Origin: Candidatus Nanoarchaeia archaeon
Lineage (GTDB): Archaea > Nanobdellota > Nanobdellia > Woesearchaeales > DATDTY01
Direction of reading: 5' to 3'
Length of the DNA stretch: 34,557 nucleotides
Assembly: GCA_035290625.1 (NCBI GenBank)
Contig: DATDTY010000015.1
Span: 1-34,557, forward strand
Below the pieces are notes generated by a model. That model was not told where the DNA came from, ran no database searches, and saw nothing but the letters and a program-made list of their open reading frames with translations. Position numbers and translations under genes: made by a program. Within the stretch, counting starts at the first letter, position 1; each line of letters starts with the position of its first letter. Of this stretch, positions 1 to 8,471 are shown piece by piece.

Positions 1-45
1 TATAGCTAAAGCTACTCAGATCTGTCTGTATCATTTGATCTTCCT

Positions 46-96
46 CCGAAGGATAGCACAGCTTCAACGCTTTTTGGCTATCCTTCGGTTTTCTTT
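46..96 (+). terminator. Stem-loop followed by a T-tract, terminator-like
   Basis: CCGAAGGATAGC (46-57) pairs perfectly with GCTATCCTTCGG (77-88), followed by TTTTCTTT. Confidence 0.5.
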
Positions 97-145
97 AAGA
101 AAAAGGAGATTTTATGTTTTCCCACTTAAGTTGACTTAACCAGAG

Positions 146-165
146 GACAGATAGGTTTATAAATA
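146..165 (+). promoter_or_regulatory. Archaeal BRE/TATA promoter for the CxxC-x17-CxxC gene
   Basis: Purine-rich GACAGATAGG followed by TTTATAAATA (156-165). Confidence 0.55.
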
Positions 166-269
166 CGTCCTTCTTTTATGCAGAGTAATCAGGAGCACTC
201 TTGGCTTGTTGTTGGTAACGGTTCGAGATTGGATTTTTCTGATTAAAAACAAACGGAGCGTAGAAGACC

Positions 270-479
270 ATGAGGCGGGATAACCGAAGATCAGATAGGG
301 ATTCTGGTGAGAAATCTGGGTTTAGAAGCAATTTTCGGGAGTTTGGATCCGGGCCGAGAGAGATGCATAAGGCCACGTGTTCTGAGTGCGGAAATGAATG
401 TGAGGTTCCTTTTAAGCCTACACAAGGCAAGCCAGTATACTGCAGGACCTGCTTTGCCAAGCGCAGGCCTCAGTTCTGA
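270..479 (+). CDS. CxxC-x17-CxxC zinc-ribbon protein
   Basis: R/G/S-rich N-terminus, then REMHKATCSECGNECEVPFKPTQGKPVYCRTCF, the characteristic family motif. Confidence 0.9.
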   Translation: MRRDNRRSDRDSGEKSGFRSNFREFGSGPREMHKATCSECGNECEVPFKPTQGKPVYCRTCFAKRRPQF

Positions 480-491
480 GGCTGCGCAAGA

Positions 492-638
492 ATGGTGGAT
501 TACAACATCATAAGGTATTGTCGGCTGTGCAAAAAACGAATGGTTCTCAAGAAAGGAGAGTTTGCGTTCTACTGCGCTGATTGCAAGCTGAGGCTGGATA
601 AGCAGCCGAGGAATCCACCCTCTTCCGTTGCCAAGTAG
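492..638 (+). CDS. Small 48-aa zinc-finger protein (not in the ORF track)
   Basis: MVDYNIIRYCRLCKKRMVLKKGEFAFYCADCKLRLDKQPRNPPSSVAK*; CxxC-x14-CxxC; starts 12 nt after the previous stop. Confidence 0.7.
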   Translation: MVDYNIIRYCRLCKKRMVLKKGEFAFYCADCKLRLDKQPRNPPSSVAK

Positions 639-683
639 GCATTCATTGATTTTGATAGGCTGATTGAAAGAGTTCCAAAATTC

Positions 684-1286
684 TCAAATATCAATAATCT
701 TCCCGCTCTTTCCGACATTGATGACCTTTGTCGATCCGATCTTCTCTTCGATGCCTTCTGCCTCATGGACATGGGAGCAGAGCACGATGTCTGGCTTAAA
801 GGCATCAATGGCCTTTCTTAATCCAACAGAGCCTGGAAAGAAATGAGTAAACTTCTCCATCAAGGTTCCTTCGGGATGGACATGGGAAACAAGCACCTTC
901 GTCTTCGCCGCCTTAATGCCCTCATGGGCTTTTTTCAGAGTCGCATAGATCTCCTCTTCACTCAGCCGATGCGGCCCAACATTTGCTCCGCCGCAGCCAA
1001 AGAATCCGATATCCTTGTATTTTACTGAATACCCATGGAGGTTTTTTACTCCATACAGCTCTGCAAGAAAGTCAGCAGTTGCAAAGCTCTCATGGTTTCC
1101 AGGAATCAGCATGACTTTCTGCTTATTCTTCACAAAAGGGCCGATAATACCCTGTGTTGACTGCTCAGATTGTGTGAGATCCCCACACAGCACGACAAGG
1201 TCTACCTTTTCCTTCTTTGCCTTCTCAGCCAGCTTCCTGACCTGGCTTGTGTCTCCGTGGATGTCTCCTGAAGCAAGTATTTTCAT
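684..1286 (-). CDS. Calcineurin-like metallophosphoesterase (Icc-related)
   Basis: MKILASGDIHGD, CGDL, PGNHE, SHVHP and CSHVHE motifs. The true start is at 1286; the upstream extension in the ORF track is the tandem repeat. Confidence 0.9.
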   Translation of the reverse strand: MKILASGDIHGDTSQVRKLAEKAKKEKVDLVVLCGDLTQSEQSTQGIIGPFVKNKQKVMLIPGNHESFATADFLAELYGVKNLHGYSVKYKDIGFFGCGGANVGPHRLSEEEIYATLKKAHEGIKAAKTKVLVSHVHPEGTLMEKFTHFFPGSVGLRKAIDAFKPDIVLCSHVHEAEGIEEKIGSTKVINVGKSGKIIDI

Positions 1287-1499
1287 TGTGTACTCCGTTG
1301 CTGAAGGAGGCTCAAAAATCCCTGATTTTTGTTGTCTCCTGAAGCAAGTATTTTCATTGTGTACTCCGTTGCTGAAGGAGGCTCGAAAATCTCTGATTTT
1401 TGTTGTCTCCTGAAGCAAGTATTTTCATTGTGTACTCCGTTGCTGAAGGAGGCTCGAAAATCCCTGATTTTTGTTGTCTCCTGAAGCAAGTATTTTCAT
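1262..1499. repeat. 71-bp tandem repeat: 4 copies of the first 25 nt of the phosphoesterase CDS separated by 3 near-identical 46-bp inserts
   Basis: TGTCTCCTGAAGCAAGTATTTTCAT at 1262, 1333, 1404 and 1475. The inserts are TGTGTACTCCGTTGCTGAAGGAGGCTCRAAAATCYCTGATTTTTGT. Confidence 0.95.
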
Positions 1500-1506
1500 C
1501 TTAGTA

Positions 1507-1935
1507 CTAAGAATATTCTGTTCTTGGCTGGACCCCCAGTTCATTCGCTTCATCAAATCTGTGAACAACGCCTTCCAAAGAATCAGTGCCGAATACTTCC
1601 CTCGTCTTTCTCAATAAGTGACGGTACATTCCTTTTGGTTCCTCTCCCAAACCTTTTTCAAACAATTCCGGAACAAACCAAAGAAGATGGACTCTTTCAC
1701 CAGCCAACACATTGGGAGCAACTGCTTCCAGCCGTTTAAAAGTTTCCGGGTCTTGACTGAGTTGATACCCGAGCCTTTGTATGATGGATGGCCTTCTCAA
1801 TTTGGTTGCTATATTGGTAGTTATATTGGTGCTGCCAGATTCGTAATATCTCAGCAACATCCCGGCAGCATCACCATATGCTCTTTGTTCATACAATCGT
1901 ATGATGTCTTGAGGGTCTATTCGGGTTTGTTCCAT
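1507..1935 (-). CDS. Hypothetical protein
   Basis: 142-aa ATG ORF with a GGAG-type SD upstream; no recognised motif. Confidence 0.65.
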   Translation of the reverse strand: MEQTRIDPQDIIRLYEQRAYGDAAGMLLRYYESGSTNITTNIATKLRRPSIIQRLGYQLSQDPETFKRLEAVAPNVLAGERVHLLWFVPELFEKGLGEEPKGMYRHLLRKTREVFGTDSLEGVVHRFDEANELGVQPRTEYS

Positions 1936-2048
1936 TGTTGGTATACCACTCCCTAGAGATTCTATTTGATCGTCTGTCGATGAAGGGTGGTTGGAATTGC
2001 TTTATAAATGTTCTGGTACAGTGGTGACAGATTACCGCGAGGATATCT

Positions 2049-2314
2049 TTGTGAAGAGTTGAGCGTAGTGCGGCTCGATTGCAAGTTAACTCGAGAGGAA
2101 TTGAATAAATGCTAAACAGGGTCAATAAAGCTAAAATCTCTAAATTTCGCTCTTTTGGATTGCAGTATCAGACGGGAAGATCCAACCCAAGAACCCCCGG
2201 ATTATGGAACTTGATGAAGATGCCTATGAGCGTCGCGACCAATCTTGGATCTGTCTTGACGATTTTTATATAGGAACTTGCAATCGAGCCGGTTCACCAA
2301 GGGCTCAGTCACAA
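2049..2314. other. Approx. 265-nt intergenic element with long terminal inverted repeats (MITE-like or structured RNA)
   Basis: Perfect 17-bp IR CGGCTCGATTGCAAGTT (2071-2087) / AACTTGCAATCGAGCCG (2275-2291). It is extended outward by TGAGC/GCTCA and TTGTGA/TCACAA and has an inner AGATCCAA/TTGGATCT stem. Confidence 0.6.
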
Positions 2315-2346
2315 GCCTTATATAGAGATTGGCTTTGTCCCATGCC

Positions 2347-2910
2347 ATGAACCTAGCAGTGTGCGGATCAGCAGCAGACCACTTCAAAGACAGCATACTG
2401 CGGAAGGCATTTCTCCTTGGAAAGATCATAGCAGAGAAAGGCCACACACTTCTTACTGGCGGAAGCGGAGGCTTGCCCTATCAGGCTGTTCTTGGCTGCC
2501 ATGAAGCTGGAGGAAAGAGCATTGGGTATTCAGCTGCGATTAATCTCCGGCAGCACATCTCCTATAAGCAGCCAACTCATGGGTTCACAGAGTTCGTTTT
2601 CATACCACGAAATTATGAGTATGCGAGCAACAAGCTTGTCTCACGCAAATACCGCAACATATCCTTAGTGGCTGCAGCAGATGCAGTCATCATCATTGGC
2701 GGAAGGATCGGCACAATGAACGAGTTCACCATAGCGTATGACCTTGGAAAGCCAATCGGCATCCTTGAAGGAACAGGCGGAATTACCAACAGCGCGATCA
2801 AAGTTCTCGTTGCCGAGGCAGGTAAAGAATCTCCTGCCGCAATCCTCAGAGAATCAGACCCGTCCATCTTAGTGGATAAGATAAGCCAGATTTATACCAA
2901 CTCTTGTTGA
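2347..2910 (+). CDS. LOG/SLOG family nucleotide-binding protein
   Basis: LLTGGSGG, RNISLVAAADAVIIIGGRIGTMNE and GTGG motifs. The ATG at 2347 lies about 25 nt after TTATATA, so the transcript is probably leaderless. Confidence 0.85.
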   Translation: MNLAVCGSAADHFKDSILRKAFLLGKIIAEKGHTLLTGGSGGLPYQAVLGCHEAGGKSIGYSAAINLRQHISYKQPTHGFTEFVFIPRNYEYASNKLVSRKYRNISLVAAADAVIIIGGRIGTMNEFTIAYDLGKPIGILEGTGGITNSAIKVLVAEAGKESPAAILRESDPSILVDKISQIYTNSC

Positions 2911-2915
2911 GTAGC

Positions 2916-3078
2916 GGCTCCGGTGAAAATCATTGCTGCCGCCTCTTTGTGAGGCTCTTAAGGATTGCCATAGACGGAATTGAGGGGGTCGCCCCATTCG
3001 GGGCTTCAAAGGTACGCAAGCAGAGGATAGAACGAGCCGAGCCGGCGGCAGCCGCGAAGAGAGATTTTCGCCGAATCC
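2916..3078 (+). ncRNA. Candidate structured RNA, unassigned dispersed family, copy A
   Basis: P1 CGGTGAAAA/TTTTCGCCG; P2 GCTGCCGCC/GGCGGCAGC; TTT-GTGA-GGCTC...GAGCC-GAG; apex GGGGGTCG-CCCC-ATTC-GGGG. Confidence 0.65.
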
Positions 3079-3125
3079 AAGCAATTACGAAGATTTATTA
3101 AGAAGTTCTTTCCTACTGCTGGACT

Positions 3126-4136
3126 ATGAAGGTAGCATTTTTCGGACTGGAGAATGAGCACGAGGAGTATGCCAAAAAAGTTCTCAAGAAGCATCAGCTG
3201 TCCTTCTATCGCAACCATCTCGACGAGCAGACCCTTGCCCTTATAAAGGATGTTGATGTGCTGGCTGTCTTTGTCTTCTCTCCAGTAACCAGGGCAGTTA
3301 TTGACAGCCTGCCCAAGCTTAGGCTTGTCACAACAATGTCCACAGGCTTTGACCATATCGATCTTGAATACTGCAAGAAAAAGAAGATTACTGTCTGCAA
3401 TGTTCCAACCTATGGAGAGAATACTGTAGCAGAGCATACCTTCGCCCTTATACTGGCATTATCACGAAGGCTCTATCAGGCAATCGAGAGGACTCACAAA
3501 CAGCATTCATTTGAGACTGACAGCAGCTTGAGGGGATTTGACCTTAAGGGAAAGACCTTAGGCGTTGTGGGATGCGGCCATATCGGCAGGCATGTCGCCA
3601 GGATTGGTGTAGGGTTTGAGATGAATGTAGTCGCCTTTGACCATTATCGCGATGAAAAACAGGCACGCAAGATTGGCTTCACCTATGCTCCTTTTGACGC
3701 AATCCTCAAGAAATCAGATATCCTCACCCTGCATGTTCCTTACATGAAGCAGACCCATCACCTCATTGATGCAAAAGCGATCAGGAAGATGAAGAAAGGC
3801 GCATTGATTATCAACACAGCAAGGGGGGGAATTATTGATACCCCGGCATTAGTTGATGCCCTGGAAAGCGGAAAGCTTGCTGGAGCTGGCCTTGACGTGC
3901 TTGAGGGAGAGTGCGAAATCAAGGAGGAGGCTTCTGTCCTGAAGAAGGAATACAAGGCAACCTGCAATCAGCTCACTACTTTGCTTGAAGACCATGAGCT
4001 GATGAAGATGGAGAACGTGATCATCACTCCGCATAACGCCTTCAATTCAAAGGAAGCTTTGCAGCGGATCCTTGACACAACGATTCAGAATATTGTCAGT
4101 TTTGCACAGGGAAAGGTGGAGAATCAGGTGAAGTGA
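3126..4136 (+). CDS. D-isomer-specific 2-hydroxyacid dehydrogenase (D-lactate dehydrogenase-like)
   Basis: STGFDHID, GVVGCGHIG, INTARG, GLDVLE and TPHNAF motifs. Confidence 0.93.
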   Translation: MKVAFFGLENEHEEYAKKVLKKHQLSFYRNHLDEQTLALIKDVDVLAVFVFSPVTRAVIDSLPKLRLVTTMSTGFDHIDLEYCKKKKITVCNVPTYGENTVAEHTFALILALSRRLYQAIERTHKQHSFETDSSLRGFDLKGKTLGVVGCGHIGRHVARIGVGFEMNVVAFDHYRDEKQARKIGFTYAPFDAILKKSDILTLHVPYMKQTHHLIDAKAIRKMKKGALIINTARGGIIDTPALVDALESGKLAGAGLDVLEGECEIKEEASVLKKEYKATCNQLTTLLEDHELMKMENVIITPHNAFNSKEALQRILDTTIQNIVSFAQGKVENQVK

Positions 4137-4146
4137 CGAAATCCAG

Positions 4147-4638
4147 CTACTTCAGCATATCTATCGTCTTTCTTAGTTGATAATGAGTATCCAAGTAACC
4201 TTCTCCTGGCACATACATTCTAAGGTGGCCGCCCCTATATAGGTCTAGAATACCAATAGGATCTTTTGGATGGATAATCACAGACTGCTCAGACACAATG
4301 GTGTAATCCTGGGTGTTGCAGCAGTCTAACAAAAGCGCTAATGCCTGCCCATCCATCTTGTTGATCCAATTCTGCATGATATGCTCTCTTTTACCATCAA
4401 AAAAAATCCACTTGCTTTCCGAACCATCAGTTTCAAGACCATGAGCACTGAGTAGGATATACCCTGTTAAATGGGTTCTTTGGCTATAGGCTTCCAGCAC
4501 TTCTCTAAACAATCGCCGCTTTGTAAACTCTCTTACTATAGTGCCTACATATACCTCCAAATCCTCCGATCCCCTCTCTTGATCAAAGAAATCTGAGGAT
4601 TCATAATACTCACAATGGTCAAAAGTGTATAGTCTCAT
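4147..4638 (-). CDS. Hypothetical protein
   Basis: 163-aa ATG ORF with TTATAA about 26 nt upstream. It has SAHG and DCC motifs reminiscent of a caspase-fold His/Cys dyad (weak). Confidence 0.6.
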   Translation of the reverse strand: MRLYTFDHCEYYESSDFFDQERGSEDLEVYVGTIVREFTKRRLFREVLEAYSQRTHLTGYILLSAHGLETDGSESKWIFFDGKREHIMQNWINKMDGQALALLLDCCNTQDYTIVSEQSVIIHPKDPIGILDLYRGGHLRMYVPGEGYLDTHYQLRKTIDMLK

Positions 4639-4684
4639 GAAGGAACTAGCGTTTTGAGGGAGATTATAACCGTTGCGGCAACAA

Positions 4685-4892
4685 GGGCTCCATCCAAAAA
4701 ATGAAGGTTGCCATCAATTCGTGAGGCTCTTTGCAATGATATGCGCTGCTGGCAGGGGGATGTCCCTACGGGGATGCCAGCCTTATACTGTGAGAAGATC
4801 AGCCGAACCGATGCGCTCCGGAGGAGCACTTGAAAATACCCGAGTATTTTCATTGGCAACCCGACTGAAAGGAGGTTTTTTGGATGGAGCTC
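4685..4892 (+). ncRNA. Candidate structured RNA, copy B (carries a 42-nt insertion)
   Basis: 17-bp P1 GGGCTCCATCCAAAAAA/TTTTTTGGATGGAGCTC; TGAA-GGTTGCCATC; TTC-GTGA-GGCT...AGCC-GAA; GCTGGCA/TGCCAGC; apex GGGGGATG-TCCC-TACG-GGGA. Confidence 0.7.
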
Positions 4893-5009
4893 CTCAAAAG
4901 GTTCGCGAGAGTTCGATTCTGAGGATGCCAAAGCTGCAAAAAAGGTAGTTCAAAACGTCTACAATTATCACAGGTCTTATTATGTAGCTTTAAGAAAGCC
5001 GTAATGAAT

Positions 5010-5249
5010 TCATTTTTCAACATACCATCCAGGAATCTCATCGAAGAAGATGTAATCCCGGCAAACAGAGCTTCTCACCCTGTTCAACTCTTCTGCGGCG
5101 CTGAAATACTCCAGTGATTGAAAAAGAAACGTGAAATAATTATTGAGCACAACATACTTCTTGCATGCAGCAAACAAATCGATTACCCTATTTTGGTCTT
5201 TGGTATGCGCCTCAGCCAAGAGTTCTTCCAGGAGTTGTGTGTCTTGCAT
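5010..5249 (-). CDS. Small hypothetical protein, possibly truncated
   Basis: 79-aa ATG ORF with a TTTATAAA box about 30 nt upstream. Confidence 0.45.
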   Translation of the reverse strand: MQDTQLLEELLAEAHTKDQNRVIDLFAACKKYVVLNNYFTFLFQSLEYFSAAEELNRVRSSVCRDYIFFDEIPGWYVEK

Positions 5250-5395
5250 TTCTGTTCAATGGTTGTGGGCTCTCACTTACTTTATAAAAATTACTACTTT
5301 CGATAGGTGTGATCTTAGAATCAATCACTCATAACTTCACTATCGTTACGGATACTTTTAAATAAACCTCATTGCAACATTGCGCTTGATTACGA

Positions 5396-6289
5396 ATGAT
5401 CTGCATCATCGCTTTGATTGTCTTTGGGATTTTAGGCATTTTCAGCGCAGCGCACAGGAAGCTTGCAAAAGAGGCTCTTGATTGCGTTGCCAGGAGAGTT
5501 GTCCTTAGGCCTTGCGAGACAGGCTTTGACCAGAGGATAAAGAGCCTTGTTGTTGGAAAGTTTCTCCGCTTTCCCTGGCTCGCCAGGCCGCTGTACAGGC
5601 ATTTTGAATCCTTTTCCTGGCTCTTGATTGGCCTGATGATTGTAAGCACGTTCTTTATTGCCCAGGGCGCTTACAATTATGCGAAGTATGGGAACTGCAA
5701 TGGCAGCCAAGGAGGATTCTGCATCTATGATTCCCTGGATGGAAAATCTGAGCTAAAAAACCCAGGCCCCGATGACGATCCCGGCATTGGCCCAATCGAT
5801 GCGCCTGTCCAGATTATCGAGTTTGGCTGCTTTAAGTGCTCGTTTACAAGGGAGGCTGACAAGGTTATCTGGCAGGTTATGGAAGAGTATCCGGAGAAGA
5901 TAAGGTTTGTGTACAGGGATTTTCCTCTCTCAGCAAGGCACAGGGGCGCTGTTGATCCCAGCCTTGCAGCAGACTGTGTGCTTGAGCAGGACCAGAGCGC
6001 ATATTGGCAGTACCGCGGCATTCTTTTCCAGAACCAGAATGCGCTGAGCAATGAAGACCTTGCTGCCTATGCTCAAAACATAAGTATAGACCTGGAGCAA
6101 TGGAAAGAATGCTTTGACTCAGGAAAACACCTTGATGAAGTGGAGCATGACTATGAGGATGGATTGGAAGCAGGAGTGTATGGAACACCCACATTCTTCA
6201 TCAACAACCAAAGCTTTGTCGGGCCTCAGAGCTATAAAACGTTCAAGAGGGTAATCGAAAAGGAGCTGGAGAAAGCGGGCGTCACGTGA
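5396..6289 (+). CDS. Membrane-anchored DsbA/thioredoxin-fold protein
   Basis: Two N-terminal TM helices; GPIDAPVQIIEFGCFKC, FVYRDFPL and GVYGTPTFFIN motifs. Confidence 0.85.
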   Translation: MICIIALIVFGILGIFSAAHRKLAKEALDCVARRVVLRPCETGFDQRIKSLVVGKFLRFPWLARPLYRHFESFSWLLIGLMIVSTFFIAQGAYNYAKYGNCNGSQGGFCIYDSLDGKSELKNPGPDDDPGIGPIDAPVQIIEFGCFKCSFTREADKVIWQVMEEYPEKIRFVYRDFPLSARHRGAVDPSLAADCVLEQDQSAYWQYRGILFQNQNALSNEDLAAYAQNISIDLEQWKECFDSGKHLDEVEHDYEDGLEAGVYGTPTFFINNQSFVGPQSYKTFKRVIEKELEKAGVT

Positions 6290-6465
6290 TCGTTTTAGTT
6301 GGTTAGAAAATCAGCGAAAATTAAACAATTAAATAAAATTAATGAAGATTAAACAATGAAATGCGAATAAAGGCTCAATGAAAATAAAAAGATAAAGACA
6401 GTAATCAGGCATAAAACGGAAGATGATGTCAATGAGAAGCAAATACTAGCTCCGGTCTATTAAAA

Positions 6466-7683
6466 ATGCTCAACACAGAAAAGATACGAAAGGATTTTCC
6501 GATATTGGAAGGCAAGAACCCTCCGGTCTATTTTGACAGCGCATGTATGGCGTTAAAGCCAAGGCAGGTTGTTCAGGCATTAGAGCGCTATTACTATGAA
6601 TTTCCAAGCTGCCATGGAAGAAGCTCGCATAGGCTTGGAAGGAAGCTGAATGACGAGATTGAAGCCAGCAGAAAAGTGATTCAGAGGTTCTTTGGCTCCA
6701 AGGGAGAGGTTGTTTTTACCAGAAACACAACCGAGGCCATTAATCTGGTAGCCAGCTCATTTCCCTTCAAAAAAGGAGATACAGTCATCACAACAGATAA
6801 GGAGCATAACTCCAACCTGGTTCCATGGATACGATTAGCTCAGGAGAAAGGGATTGTCCATAAGATTGCAGCATCTGATGAGAGAGGCCTTTTTTCTTTG
6901 GATTCATTTGAGAGCCTCTTAAAAAAAGCAGGAAAGGAGGGAGCATCGCATAAAAGTATATTGGTCTCAATGGTGCATACCTCTAACCTTGATGGAACAA
7001 CACTTCCTGCAAAGGAGATCTGCAAGATCAGCCATGAGTACGGAGCTGTTGTGCTTCTAGACGGCGCGCAATCTGCCCCGCATAAGGAGATTAACCTAAA
7101 AAAGATTGATGCTGACTTCTTTGCCCTCTCAGGCCACAAGATGATGGGGCCCACAGGGATTGGATGCCTGATTGGAAAGCCGGAAGCTCTCGAGAAGCTC
7201 TCCCAGTTCATTGTTGGGGGCGAGACAGTAACAAACTCAACCTATGAAGGATACACTCCTGAAAGAATACCGAATCGTTTTGAAGCAGGGCTGCAGCACT
7301 ACGCAGGCATCATAGGGATGGCAGAGGCATGCAGGTATATTGAGGCAATTGGGAGATCAGATATAGAAAAGCATGACCTGGAGCTGAATGGGATCATAAC
7401 CCATGGGCTTAGGGATTCTGTCGATATCCTTGGGCCAGAGGATCCTGCAAAGCGCGGCAGCATCTTCAGCTTCTGGATTAGGGGGATGGAAAGCCATGCA
7501 GCTGGCCTGATGCTTGATGCCCGGAATATCATGGTCCGCTCAGGGATGCACTGCTGCCATTCGTGGTTCAATGCCAGGAAGAAGGAAGGGTCTGTCAGAG
7601 CATCCCTGTATATCCATAATACTGCAGAGGAATGCCATAGGTTTATTAATGAGATAAAAAGAATAAAGCGTATTGCGGGGTGA
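6466..7683 (+). CDS. sufS: Cysteine desulfurase, SufS-like (class V PLP aminotransferase)
   Basis: IRKDFPIL, YFDSA, EHNSN, DGAQS, SGHKM and RSGMHC motifs. Confidence 0.9.
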   Translation: MLNTEKIRKDFPILEGKNPPVYFDSACMALKPRQVVQALERYYYEFPSCHGRSSHRLGRKLNDEIEASRKVIQRFFGSKGEVVFTRNTTEAINLVASSFPFKKGDTVITTDKEHNSNLVPWIRLAQEKGIVHKIAASDERGLFSLDSFESLLKKAGKEGASHKSILVSMVHTSNLDGTTLPAKEICKISHEYGAVVLLDGAQSAPHKEINLKKIDADFFALSGHKMMGPTGIGCLIGKPEALEKLSQFIVGGETVTNSTYEGYTPERIPNRFEAGLQHYAGIIGMAEACRYIEAIGRSDIEKHDLELNGIITHGLRDSVDILGPEDPAKRGSIFSFWIRGMESHAAGLMLDARNIMVRSGMHCCHSWFNARKKEGSVRASLYIHNTAEECHRFINEIKRIKRIAG

Positions 7684-7687
7684 AACC

Positions 7688-8386
7688 ATGAGGTATGATC
7701 AAATAACAGCTGTTGTGCTGAGCCTTGTTTTGGTTATGTTGGTTATCAATTATTTCCAGATCCAGTCAGTCCAGAAGACCTTGAAAGGAACAGGATTGGC
7801 GACTGTTGGAAATACCGACACTGTGAAAGGCGCTGTTCCTGTTGAATTCTATGTGATGAGCCAGTGCCCCTATGGAATCCAGGTTGAGAATGCCATAGCT
7901 CCAGCTTTAGGGTTATTGGGAGATGCTGTTGATTTCAGGGTTGACTACATTGCGGATGGAAGCGGCGGAAGATTTACAAGCCTTCATGGCCAGCCTGAAG
8001 TCGAGGGAGATAAGATCCAGCTGTGTGTCCAGGAGCACTTCCCCCAGGAGTTTATGGATTTTGTCACATGCCAGAATCAGCAGCCTGCAAACCTTGGAGG
8101 AACCGTAGAGTCATGCAGCAGAGCCGCAGGCATTGATTCGCAGAACGTGCTTGCATGCGCTTCAGGAGAGGAAGGAAACATGCTTCTGGAGCAGTCGATT
8201 GCAGCTTCAAGGAATGCAGGAGCGACAGGAAGCCCGACCATGTTCGTCAACAACAAGCCGTATAGAGGAGAAAGAAGCTCGCAGGCTTTCCTGGCAGCAA
8301 TCTGCAATGAGCTTGCTGTGAAGCCGGCTGCCTGTAACAGCATTGTCGGAGGAGAGGCTGCTGCTGTGCAGGGCGGATGTGAGTAG
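7688..8386 (+). CDS. Membrane-anchored thioredoxin-fold (GILT/DsbA-like) protein
   Basis: N-terminal TM helix; FYVMSQCPYG, SLHGQPE and GSPTMFVN motifs; Cys-rich. Confidence 0.75.
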   Translation: MRYDQITAVVLSLVLVMLVINYFQIQSVQKTLKGTGLATVGNTDTVKGAVPVEFYVMSQCPYGIQVENAIAPALGLLGDAVDFRVDYIADGSGGRFTSLHGQPEVEGDKIQLCVQEHFPQEFMDFVTCQNQQPANLGGTVESCSRAAGIDSQNVLACASGEEGNMLLEQSIAASRNAGATGSPTMFVNNKPYRGERSSQAFLAAICNELAVKPAACNSIVGGEAAAVQGGCE

Positions 8387-8471
8387 GGGGTAGTTTGTAT
8401 GTTTGGCATTTTGGTTCCAAAAAAGAGTACAGGGCTCTTGGCTTAAATGTATGGGAACTGGAAAGGCGTTC

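Noticed and set aside
1262..1499. CRISPR array (25-bp repeats, 46-bp spacers)
   Set aside because: The spacers are near-identical, the repeat is the start of a CDS, and there are no cas genes in the window.
4391..4403. 13-nt match TTACCATCAAAAA to the right loop of copy D as a guide target
   Set aside because: Short and A-rich; plausible by chance in 35 kb without statistical testing.
4635..4948. ORFs 4635..4931 and 4673..4948; likewise 2869..3101 and 20492..21113
   Set aside because: They overlap structured RNA candidates or the tRNA, and have no protein motifs.
6450..6532. 12-bp repeat CTCCGGTCTATT upstream of and inside sufS
   Set aside because: Too short to distinguish from chance, and there is no hairpin insert between the copies.
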